Below, piece by piece: positions 18,326-24,561 of a stretch of DNA of 30,114 nt. The notes beneath the pieces are model-generated. The model was not told the origin of the DNA and did not search any database. It saw nothing but the letters and a program-made list of their open reading frames with translations. The stretch is from the IMG/VR virus record IMGVR_UViG_3300044620_000182, positions 1 to 30,114 of that record; one strand, 5' to 3'. Source of the stretch: a virus (lineage: Duplodnaviria; Caudoviricetes). The first letter of the stretch is position 1; every line of letters starts with the position of its first letter. A program made the translations under genes and the position numbers.

Positions 18326-18870
18326 AAGAACTGCTTGACGATGAACGAATCAGGATTGCTACCATCTCTTTTTTGATTGGTGTAATTCTTGCTTTTGTGC
18401 TATTCCCTAAACCAGAAGTAGAGACAGTCTACAAAACAGAAACGAAGGTAGAAACGGACACAATTTACTCTCATGTAGTGGACACTATTTATGTGCCAAA
18501 AACAAAGATAAAAACTGAAGTTTTAAGGGATACGGTTCTTATTGATTACGAGCCTAAAATAAGCCTGTTTAAGACCTCTATTCCTTCGGAGTATGGAAGT
18601 ACCCATGTGAGCGGAGAAGTCCTTGGAGAAGTCCTTAAAATGACTGCTACAAACGATTTCAAGATTCCTGTGGTTACTAACACAATCACGAACACGGAAA
18701 CAAAGACAATAATCAAAAAGCCGAAGGGGATCTACCTGGGTGCCGGAGTGAATTCTCTATTGCAACCTAGCGCAAAAGTTTCCTACCTTGATAACAAGTA
18801 CCTGTTTTCGTATCAATTCGAACCAATACAGGGAGTGCATCAGGTAGGGGTATCTAAAAAATTGTTTTAA
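18322..18870 (+). CDS. membrane-anchored protein, possible spanin
   Basis: N-terminal TM helix (IATISFLIGVILAFVLF), T/V/D-rich middle, amphipathic beta C-terminus ending in Phe; near lysis genes. Confidence 0.45.
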   Translation: MKELLDDERIRIATISFLIGVILAFVLFPKPEVETVYKTETKVETDTIYSHVVDTIYVPKTKIKTEVLRDTVLIDYEPKISLFKTSIPSEYGSTHVSGEVLGEVLKMTATNDFKIPVVTNTITNTETKTIIKKPKGIYLGAGVNSLLQPSAKVSYLDNKYLFSYQFEPIQGVHQVGVSKKLF

Positions 18871-19115
18871 TGTGGATTGAAATAGAGGTGATGCTATCAG
18901 GTCAGACCATTGATTGGAAGTCTCTAGGTTTAGAAGTTCAGCACGAATGGAGCAGGCGGATGGTAAGGATAGGGGACATCCAATATGTGCAGGAGTTACT
19001 GCATGATATCCAGATCATCTACTTCTATGACAATACTTCCTGCTTGATCAAGGGCAGGTATCAAGATATCAGGACTGAGATACTTCATCTAGATCAGGAA
19101 AGCGACCTAGATTAA
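18870..19115 (+). CDS. hypothetical protein
   Basis: 81 aa, TAATG-coupled. Confidence 0.55.
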   Translation: MWIEIEVMLSGQTIDWKSLGLEVQHEWSRRMVRIGDIQYVQELLHDIQIIYFYDNTSCLIKGRYQDIRTEILHLDQESDLD

Positions 19116-19135
19116 TTCGGATTTTTCCCGAATTA
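19113..19135. terminator. hairpin between convergent operons
   Basis: TAATTCGG(19113-19120)/CCGAATTA(19128-19135) 8-bp stem; T-tracts weak. Confidence 0.35.
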
Positions 19136-19229
19136 GTGCATGAATTTTTACTAAAAGTTAATGCATTTTTATATGCCAAAAGATATAATTTTTTAAGGAT
19201 TTGGCAGATTATATGCAAATGAATATAGC

Positions 19230-19547
19230 CTAATCCTCGTTTGCTATCCTATTTTTAAGCCTGTTCTCCCTGTTCCTTTTGTACCTTTCCTCTTGTGTTT
19301 GAATCTTGAGCAGGACAAGGTAGCCGATTAAATCATTGATCACGTCTTCATCATCCTTTTCCAGGCTCCCGTTTTTTATCCGTTTAAGTTTATCATCTAT
19401 CCTGACCAGTAGTCCTTCCTTTGCGGACAACTTAGAGAAAACCCCTAGCGGCTCAAGGACTGAGTTTCCATACTTGAGATTTTTGGTAATCAGCAGTTCA
19501 CGGATTTCTAGTAGGTAGGAGGAAACCTTGTTTGCAAATTCATTCAT
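19230..19547 (-). CDS. Nmad1/DUF1599-like (nucleotide modification associated) protein
   Basis: KNLKYGNS...VRIDDKLKRI...DVINDLIGYLVL pattern matches this family. Confidence 0.7.
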   Translation of the reverse strand: MNEFANKVSSYLLEIRELLITKNLKYGNSVLEPLGVFSKLSAKEGLLVRIDDKLKRIKNGSLEKDDEDVINDLIGYLVLLKIQTQEERYKRNRENRLKNRIANED

Positions 19548-19639
19548 TAGTAGAAGAGTTCAAAGATGGCTATTACAATCAAGGCAAAGATAAGAGAAAA
19601 CCCTACAACTTTAAAGAAGGATTTAGATCTCTGACTCAT
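19547..19639 (-). CDS. 30-aa single-TM peptide, not in ORF track
   Basis: MSQRSKSFFKVVGFSLIFALIVIAIFELFY*; TAATG-coupled to the Nmad1-like gene. Confidence 0.55.
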   Translation of the reverse strand: MSQRSKSFFKVVGFSLIFALIVIAIFELFY

Positions 19640-19874
19640 GGCACTCCTTGAATGATTTGAACCTATCCCCTTTTAGGTATTGGCTTGATTGGAACTTTGA
19701 CCTACCCTTCTTGATCAGGAAGCCATCCTCAAATAGGATGTAGAATTCATTCTCAGATACTACCTCATTGAATTGAATGTAGTCTACCCACCACTCAGCA
19801 GGCTTTCTATTTTCATCAATGACTTTTGAAGCCCTTCCGTATCCAAACGGATTCAAGATCTCGATTTCTTCCAT
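19623..19874 (-). CDS. hypothetical protein (83 aa)
   Basis: ATG at 19874 after an A-rich leader is preferred to the track start at 19928. Confidence 0.6.
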   Translation of the reverse strand: MEEIEILNPFGYGRASKVIDENRKPAEWWVDYIQFNEVVSENEFYILFEDGFLIKKGRSKFQSSQYLKGDRFKSFKECHESEI

Positions 19875-19950
19875 AGTTTTTTTTGGCAAGTTATAACCAT
19901 AAAAAAGCACACTCGAAAAAAATCTCACTTTTTGTGTAAAATTTTTTCAC

Positions 19951-19995
19951 AAATATTTTTTTTTCTAATTTTTTCCTTCGATATTTGATTCATCA
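19951..19995 (+). promoter_or_regulatory. early promoter copy 1 (Bacteroidota sigma70-type)
   Basis: TTTT-N19-GATATTTG, close to TTTG-N19-TAnnTTTG; 40/45 identical to 22024-22068. Confidence 0.65.
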
Positions 19996-20021
19996 AACAG
20001 GGACATAAAACCAAAAACACC

Positions 20022-20234
20022 ATGAAAGCAATCGAAAAAGTACAGCAGGAACTAAACAAAGTATTCGCAATGCAGGATCAACTTCAGAAGGAAGTTTGGA
20101 CAAAGGAAAACTATCAGATCAATTCAATGAGAGAAGATATGCTTTCAGAAATGGCATCTACTCTTTCACAAGTATTGAGAAGCCTAGAAGAAGAAAATGA
20201 AGACTTGGAATATATCAGCCTAAACGAAAGATAA
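20022..20234 (+). CDS. hypothetical early protein
   Basis: 70 aa, first gene after promoter copy 1. Confidence 0.65.
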   Translation: MKAIEKVQQELNKVFAMQDQLQKEVWTKENYQINSMREDMLSEMASTLSQVLRSLEEENEDLEYISLNER

Positions 20235-20236
20235 AA

Positions 20237-20260
20237 CACAGCCCTTCGGGGCTTTACTTT
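20237..20260 (+). terminator. UUCG hairpin copy 1 (weak terminator/attenuator)
   Basis: CACAGCCCTTCGGGGCTTTACTTT, identical to 22270-22293. Confidence 0.6.
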
Positions 20261-20274
20261 AAACCCTAAAAAAA

Positions 20275-20541
20275 ATGAACTACGAAACAGAAAATTTCTA
20301 CGATCAAGAGATCGAATTCACCTACGAAGGTAGGGAGTATGTATGGCAAGGTGACTACACCATCGAACACACAGGTGAAGATGAAAGCGAGTATGCTCCT
20401 GCCTATGGCGAAATGGAGATCAGCATCGATCACACATCAAGCCTGTCCTATTATGATGAAGATCTCGAGAAGGTAGTGGAGGTCAAGCCTACTGCTTCGA
20501 TCCTCATGGAGTTAGAAATACAAATTGAAAGAAACTATTAA
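20275..20541 (+). CDS. hypothetical acidic protein
   Basis: 88 aa, very E/D/Y-rich. Confidence 0.6.
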   Translation: MNYETENFYDQEIEFTYEGREYVWQGDYTIEHTGEDESEYAPAYGEMEISIDHTSSLSYYDEDLEKVVEVKPTASILMELEIQIERNY

Positions 20542-20560
20542 CCAAATAAACACAAACCAA

Positions 20561-21109
20561 ATGGAAAGATCACCGAGTATTCAAAACCTTACCCAATCCC
20601 TAGCAAAGTTTCACGCTATGGTCGGGCGCATTTCAAAGGATGCAAAGAACCCCTTCTTTAAGTCCAACTATGCAAGCCTTCCTCACATCATTACAGAGAT
20701 AGCAGAGCCATTAGAAAAGGCAGGGCTAGTCCTATCTCAGTTCCCTAATGGGGATGGGCTTACCACTATGCTAATTCACGCAGATAGCGGGGAGTTTATC
20801 TCTGCTACCTACACCTTGCAAGTAGTACGGCAGAACGATCCACAGGCTCAAGGTAGTGCTATCAGTTACGCAAGGAGATATGCTATCACAAGCGTGCTGA
20901 ATCTAGCCATTTCAGATGATGATGCCGAGGCAGCCATGAAGCCTTTGAGACAAGCACCTGCACCGGTTAAGGTAGCACCTACTGAGCAGCAGTTCGCAGG
21001 AATAGTACAATACTTGAATGGAACTCCAGAGCAGCAGAAGACAGCCAAGGAGGCACTAAAAAAATACACGTTAACCAAGGATCAGCAAGAAATAATCGAA
21101 GGACTATGA
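20561..21109 (+). CDS. erf: ERF-family single-strand annealing protein
   Basis: KDAKNPFFKSNYASL, LIHADSGEFI and QAQGSAISYARRY...DDDA motifs; ATG at 20561. Confidence 0.85.
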   Translation: MERSPSIQNLTQSLAKFHAMVGRISKDAKNPFFKSNYASLPHIITEIAEPLEKAGLVLSQFPNGDGLTTMLIHADSGEFISATYTLQVVRQNDPQAQGSAISYARRYAITSVLNLAISDDDAEAAMKPLRQAPAPVKVAPTEQQFAGIVQYLNGTPEQQKTAKEALKKYTLTKDQQEIIEGL

Positions 21110-21588
21110 ACCTATACCAGATAACACAGGAGGCGCAGTATCTTGCTGCCCTCCTTGAAACAGAGGAACTGACTCCAGAACTAGAAGCAGAACTGCTAAT
21201 CAATCAGGAGCAACTACAAAGCAAAGGCATAAACTATGCGAAGGTGATAGCGAACTATCAAAGCGAAGCGGATCAAATAGATGCCGAAATCAAGCGGCTC
21301 AAGGCAATGAAAGAAAGCAGAGATAAAAAGGTAACCTGGCTAACAGAAAGCCTCAAGAAAGCGATGCTAGTAAGCGGAATCGAGAAGATAGAATTACCCC
21401 TATTCAAGATATCCTTGAGAAGATCCGAGGCAGTAGAGGTAGAAATACCAGAGGCTTTGCCGGTAGATTGGCAGGTCAAGAAGGTCACGATAACAGCAGA
21501 CAAAGTAGCAATCAAAAAAGCAATTAAAGAAGGGTACTCTATCACGGGTGCTAGACTAGTAGAAAACTTCAACCTATCAATCAAATGA
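21106..21588 (+). CDS. Siphovirus Gp157-like protein
   Basis: MNLYQIT, EIKRLKA and DKVAIKKAIKEG...GARLVE motifs; adjacent to ERF. Confidence 0.8.
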   Translation: MNLYQITQEAQYLAALLETEELTPELEAELLINQEQLQSKGINYAKVIANYQSEADQIDAEIKRLKAMKESRDKKVTWLTESLKKAMLVSGIEKIELPLFKISLRRSEAVEVEIPEALPVDWQVKKVTITADKVAIKKAIKEGYSITGARLVENFNLSIK

Positions 21589-21722
21589 AATACCTAGGGA
21601 AAGAAATACAGAGACCAGGAGACCTTGCCCCGAAGGGGGTGAAGTCTACCTACCAAACAGAAAAACTTCCATTCAATGAAACCTTTGAGAGAATATGGCT
21701 GCTTGCAAATACCAAAGCCTAG
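21585..21722 (+). CDS. small hypothetical protein (45 aa), not in ORF track
   Basis: ATGA-coupled; MKYLGKEIQRPGDLAPKGVKSTYQTEKLPFNETFERIWLLANTKA*. Confidence 0.55.
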   Translation: MKYLGKEIQRPGDLAPKGVKSTYQTEKLPFNETFERIWLLANTKA

Positions 21723-22024
21723 CACCCCTTGTCAAGGATCTATACGCTCAAGGCTATACGAGAAATAAGATAGCCGAGATTATGGGGGTCAAGAATATAG
21801 TAGTACAGTACATCCTCTATAAGATACTGCTAGTAAATAAAAGCAATCCAAGAAGTAACTTGATGGAAGTGCTGCCAAAGGATCAGGTTAACAGGATAAT
21901 AACCCTTTCCTGTTGGGGATACAATAACTACGAGATAGCAGAGGATCTAGATTTGCCCGTGAAGAATGTGACTCTGGTGATCAAGGAAGCACGGAATAAA
22001 AAATTAATTCAAAAATTTTGTTGA
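21695..22024 (+). CDS. tandem HTH DNA-binding protein
   Basis: Two HTH-like repeats, GYTRNKIAEIMGV and GYNNYEIAEDLDL. Confidence 0.6.
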   Translation: MAACKYQSLAPLVKDLYAQGYTRNKIAEIMGVKNIVVQYILYKILLVNKSNPRSNLMEVLPKDQVNRIITLSCWGYNNYEIAEDLDLPVKNVTLVIKEARNKKLIQKFC

Positions 22025-22068
22025 AATATTTTGTTTTCTAATTTATTCCTAAGATATTTGATACATCA
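22024..22068 (+). promoter_or_regulatory. early promoter copy 2
   Basis: TTTG(22030-22033)-N19-GATATTTG(22053-22060); 40/45 identical to 19951-19995. Confidence 0.7.
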
Positions 22069-22091
22069 TTTAACTCTAACCCATTCACAGT

Positions 22092-22268
22092 ATGAAAACT
22101 TTGACAAACAGATCAGGCAGCAAGGCAGTAAAAATCAGCAAAGATGCCACAGGAAAATTTAGAGCATTTTATGTTCAGTTCTTTCAAGGTATGGATCAGG
22201 TACTACTATCCAAGGACTTCTCAAGTATCAAGAATGCAGAGAAGTGGGCTGCTAAAATCCTTAACTAA
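22092..22268 (+). CDS. small early protein (58 aa), not in ORF track
   Basis: MKTLTNRSGSKAVKISKDATGKFRAFYVQFFQGMDQVLLSKDFSSIKNAEKWAAKILN*; fits between promoter copy 2 and hairpin copy 2. Confidence 0.7.
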   Translation: MKTLTNRSGSKAVKISKDATGKFRAFYVQFFQGMDQVLLSKDFSSIKNAEKWAAKILN

Positions 22269-22269
22269 T

Positions 22270-22293
22270 CACAGCCCTTCGGGGCTTTACTTT
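22270..22293 (+). terminator. UUCG hairpin copy 2
   Basis: Identical 24-mer to 20237-20260. Confidence 0.6.
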
Positions 22294-22300
22294 CTAAACC

Positions 22301-22402
22301 ATGAAAAAAGCACTTCAAATCACAGGCAAAATCCTCTACTTTATAGTAGCCATGTCTCCCATCTTTGCCCTAGGCTATATGCTAGGACTTAAATTAATCT
22401 AA
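22301..22402 (+). CDS. 33-aa membrane peptide, not in ORF track
   Basis: MKKALQITGKILYFIVAMSPIFALGYMLGLKLI*. Confidence 0.55.
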   Translation: MKKALQITGKILYFIVAMSPIFALGYMLGLKLI

Positions 22403-22416
22403 ACACCAAAACACCT

Positions 22417-22722
22417 ATGGAAAATTTCAAAATCAAAATCACGCAAACTCAGGAAGTAGAGAGTGAGGTCTCAATTCCAAAGTACTTCACCTTGAATAAG
22501 TACTATCACTACAAACTGCTTTCGGATTCGGCAGTGATAGCAGTAAACTACTTTACTGATAAACTTGACAACTTGGTAGCCCTTGAATTGTGGCCATCTA
22601 TCAAGGTGGAACACATCAGGTATGTCACCTACATTCTCAAGGCTGATAACCTAGAAGAGATCACAGAAGAGGAATTCACTTCACACCTAAATGCTGCTAA
22701 AAAATTAATCTACTCGCTATGA
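22417..22722 (+). CDS. hypothetical protein
   Basis: 101 aa ORF with A-rich leader. Confidence 0.6.
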   Translation: MENFKIKITQTQEVESEVSIPKYFTLNKYYHYKLLSDSAVIAVNYFTDKLDNLVALELWPSIKVEHIRYVTYILKADNLEEITEEEFTSHLNAAKKLIYSL

Positions 22723-22925
22723 AATCCACAGACTCACAGACTGCCTTGATCAAGGGTTGGCTATTGAATGGCTACTCGATCACTCAACTAGATGCCTTGA
22801 ATATGTTCGGCTGCTTCCGGTTATCCGCAAGGATAGCCAACCTTCGAGAGGAAGGGCTTGACATTGTGACAGACATGGTGAATGTAAATGATAAAAGAAT
22901 AGCAAAATACTACCTGAACAAATGA
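22719..22925 (+). CDS. small winged-HTH protein (HTH_39-like)
   Basis: SITQLDALNMFGCFRLSARIANLREEG pattern. Confidence 0.7.
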   Translation: MKSTDSQTALIKGWLLNGYSITQLDALNMFGCFRLSARIANLREEGLDIVTDMVNVNDKRIAKYYLNK

Positions 22926-23287
22926 CCAGAGAAGAAATCATCACCGAACTAAACCACCGTAGTACGCAGAAGTACTTGGTGTACCTAGCCCTGCAAGAGA
23001 TCATGCTTGACTACTATGAGGATGTATCCATGCTCAAGTTCTTTGATCTGGATCTGCAGACTAAGCATAAGAATATGATCAATGCATTGAAGCGAAAGTC
23101 TACGCAGGCTTTTAGATACCTTGAAGGGTACGATAATGGCGAAGCAACTATCAAGCAGTTCCATGAGTTCGTGACCTTATTTGAAAGGCTTCACACGGCT
23201 ATAGATGAAGGAGGGTCTATCTTCCATGATTGCCTTAATGCTGTAGAAGAAATCCTTGATAAGCATGAAAAGGCGCAGAGTAACTGA
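22922..23287 (+). CDS. hypothetical protein
   Basis: 121 aa, ATGA-coupled. Confidence 0.6.
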   Translation: MTREEIITELNHRSTQKYLVYLALQEIMLDYYEDVSMLKFFDLDLQTKHKNMINALKRKSTQAFRYLEGYDNGEATIKQFHEFVTLFERLHTAIDEGGSIFHDCLNAVEEILDKHEKAQSN

Positions 23288-23414
23288 AGAGGAAAAACAG
23301 ATGATCTTTGAAGGATGGCAGGACAGAAAGCCGATAAAGGTAATTGCTATAGAATTAGGCAGATGCTATGGGACTGTCTATACTGAATTAAAAAAAAGGT
23401 ATCTAGTAGGATAA
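23265..23414 (+). CDS. 49-aa HTH protein, not in ORF track
   Basis: MKRRRVTEEEKQMIFEGWQDRKPIKVIAIELGRCYGTVYTELKKRYLVG*; IAxxLGRxxxTV HTH pattern. Confidence 0.65.
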   Translation: MKRRRVTEEEKQMIFEGWQDRKPIKVIAIELGRCYGTVYTELKKRYLVG

Positions 23415-23428
23415 TTAAAAAAAAGTAT

Positions 23429-23436
23429 TATATTCG
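23429..23436 (+). promoter_or_regulatory. -7 promoter element for replication operon
   Basis: TATATTCG (TAnnTTyG), 8 nt before the structured leader. Confidence 0.55.
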
Positions 23437-23444
23437 TGAATCAA

Positions 23445-23533
23445 GAATCATTCCTGTGTGGAAGCGAGAATGATTCCATAGGTTAACTAAACCTGAGCCT
23501 GGCAGTCTTCCACCTGTCGGGCTTTTTTATTTT
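23445..23533 (+). ncRNA. structured 5' leader/small RNA with intrinsic terminator and loop-loop complementarity
   Basis: P1 GAATCATTC/GAATGATTC; P2 AGGTT/AACCT; P3 AGCCTGGCAG/CTGTCGGGCT plus T-tract; P1-loop GTGGAAG complements P3-loop CTTCCAC. Confidence 0.65.
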
Positions 23534-23539
23534 AAAAAA

Positions 23540-24253
23540 ATGAGCGGATGGATTAAAGTACACAGACAACTTCAGGAGCATTGGGTCTGGTCAAAGCCGG
23601 AGTATTTAAAATGGTGGCTTGACATTTTGATGTCGGCTAACATAGAGCCAAAGAAGGTTTTGATCAAGGGTCAACTTCTAGAAGTTAATAGGGGTGAGGT
23701 CATTTACTCCTACGAAACTTGGGCAAATAGATGGAAAATCAATAAGTCTAAGGTTTTGAGGTTTTTAAAAATGCTTGAAAAAGATTCAATGATCGTGCTA
23801 AAAAGCGAAACGGTTACGACACGGCTAACTATCTGTAAATATGATACTTACCAAGGTGAGCGAAACGATAGTGAAACGCAAGTGAAACGCACACGAAACG
23901 CAGGTGAAACGCAAGTGAAACCAACTAAAGAAGTAAAAGAATTAAAGAATGAAATAAGTAAAGAGACTTTGATTTCTTTGGATGAAGTAGAAGAAGAGAT
24001 GGGTAAGGAAAAGCCAATGCAAAGATCTTTCTTTATTAGAATGCAGTATATCTATAACCTAGATGAAAAGAAGGTAAAGGAAGCATTTAAGAATTGGAAG
24101 ATACTGAAGGAAGGAGAAGCAATGACTATAAGCAAAGCACAGAACTCATTCAATCTCTACCTGAAAAATAATGCAAGCACAGGATACAGCGAAAGCAAAG
24201 AAGTACATAAGCCTAAGTACGCAAAGTCTACTATTGAAAATAATTGGTGGTAA
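23540..24253 (+). CDS. replication initiator (lambda O/DnaD-like replisome organizer)
   Basis: GWIKVHRQL N-terminus, wHTH-like segment WANRWKINKSKVLRFLKMLEK, internal iterons, helicase downstream. Confidence 0.75.
   Translation: MSGWIKVHRQLQEHWVWSKPEYLKWWLDILMSANIEPKKVLIKGQLLEVNRGEVIYSYETWANRWKINKSKVLRFLKMLEKDSMIVLKSETVTTRLTICKYDTYQGERNDSETQVKRTRNAGETQVKPTKEVKELKNEISKETLISLDEVEEEMGKEKPMQRSFFIRMQYIYNLDEKKVKEAFKNWKILKEGEAMTISKAQNSFNLYLKNNASTGYSESKEVHKPKYAKSTIENNWW
23860..23964. repeat. iteron array plus A-rich tract (putative replication origin)
   Basis: GAAAC(G) at 23862, 23873, 23884, 23895, 23906 and 23917 (11-nt period), followed by an A-rich stretch. Confidence 0.75.
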
Positions 24254-24561
24254 TGGAAAGCAAGGATATACAAAAAATGAATGACCTTAATAGGGATATT
24301 TGGGGAATGATAGTACAGGCACAGCGAACTAAAAACTGGGCATTGATTGAAGTGAACTTGAAGAGGCTCTATTCCTTACAAAAAAAGTATATAAATCTTA
24401 TCAATATCATGGATTATGAGGTAAAAGGTACTACCTTGATGCTTCAAGATGAAATAAGGGTAAGGAATCAATTTGAAAAGCAATGGTTCAAAGATGTAGC
24501 AGAAAGAAATCATGCCTACCAGGAGATGAAAGAAAATATAGATAAACACTTTGCTGAATGA
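24253..24561 (+). CDS. hypothetical protein
   Basis: TAATG-coupled start at 24253; lies between initiator and helicase. Confidence 0.6.
   Translation: MESKDIQKMNDLNRDIWGMIVQAQRTKNWALIEVNLKRLYSLQKKYINLINIMDYEVKGTTLMLQDEIRVRNQFEKQWFKDVAERNHAYQEMKENIDKHFAE

Noticed and set aside
18613-18636. 12-nt tandem repeat GGAGAAGTCCTT x2
   Set aside because: In-frame microduplication (GEVLGEVL) with no further structure.
21626-21640. GCCCC-GAAG-GGGGT hairpin
   Set aside because: Short, inside a probable small ORF, no T-tract.
22144-22392. 82-aa ORF from the track
   Set aside because: Crosses the repeated hairpin; 22092..22268 and 22301..22402 fit the promoter/hairpin layout better.
23265-23414. IS30-like transposase remnant
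   Set aside because: Only a stand-alone HTH with its own start and stop; no DDE domain or terminal inverted repeats.
23860-23922. Mini CRISPR array
   Set aside because: 11-nt period with no spacers and located in the initiator gene; fits iterons.
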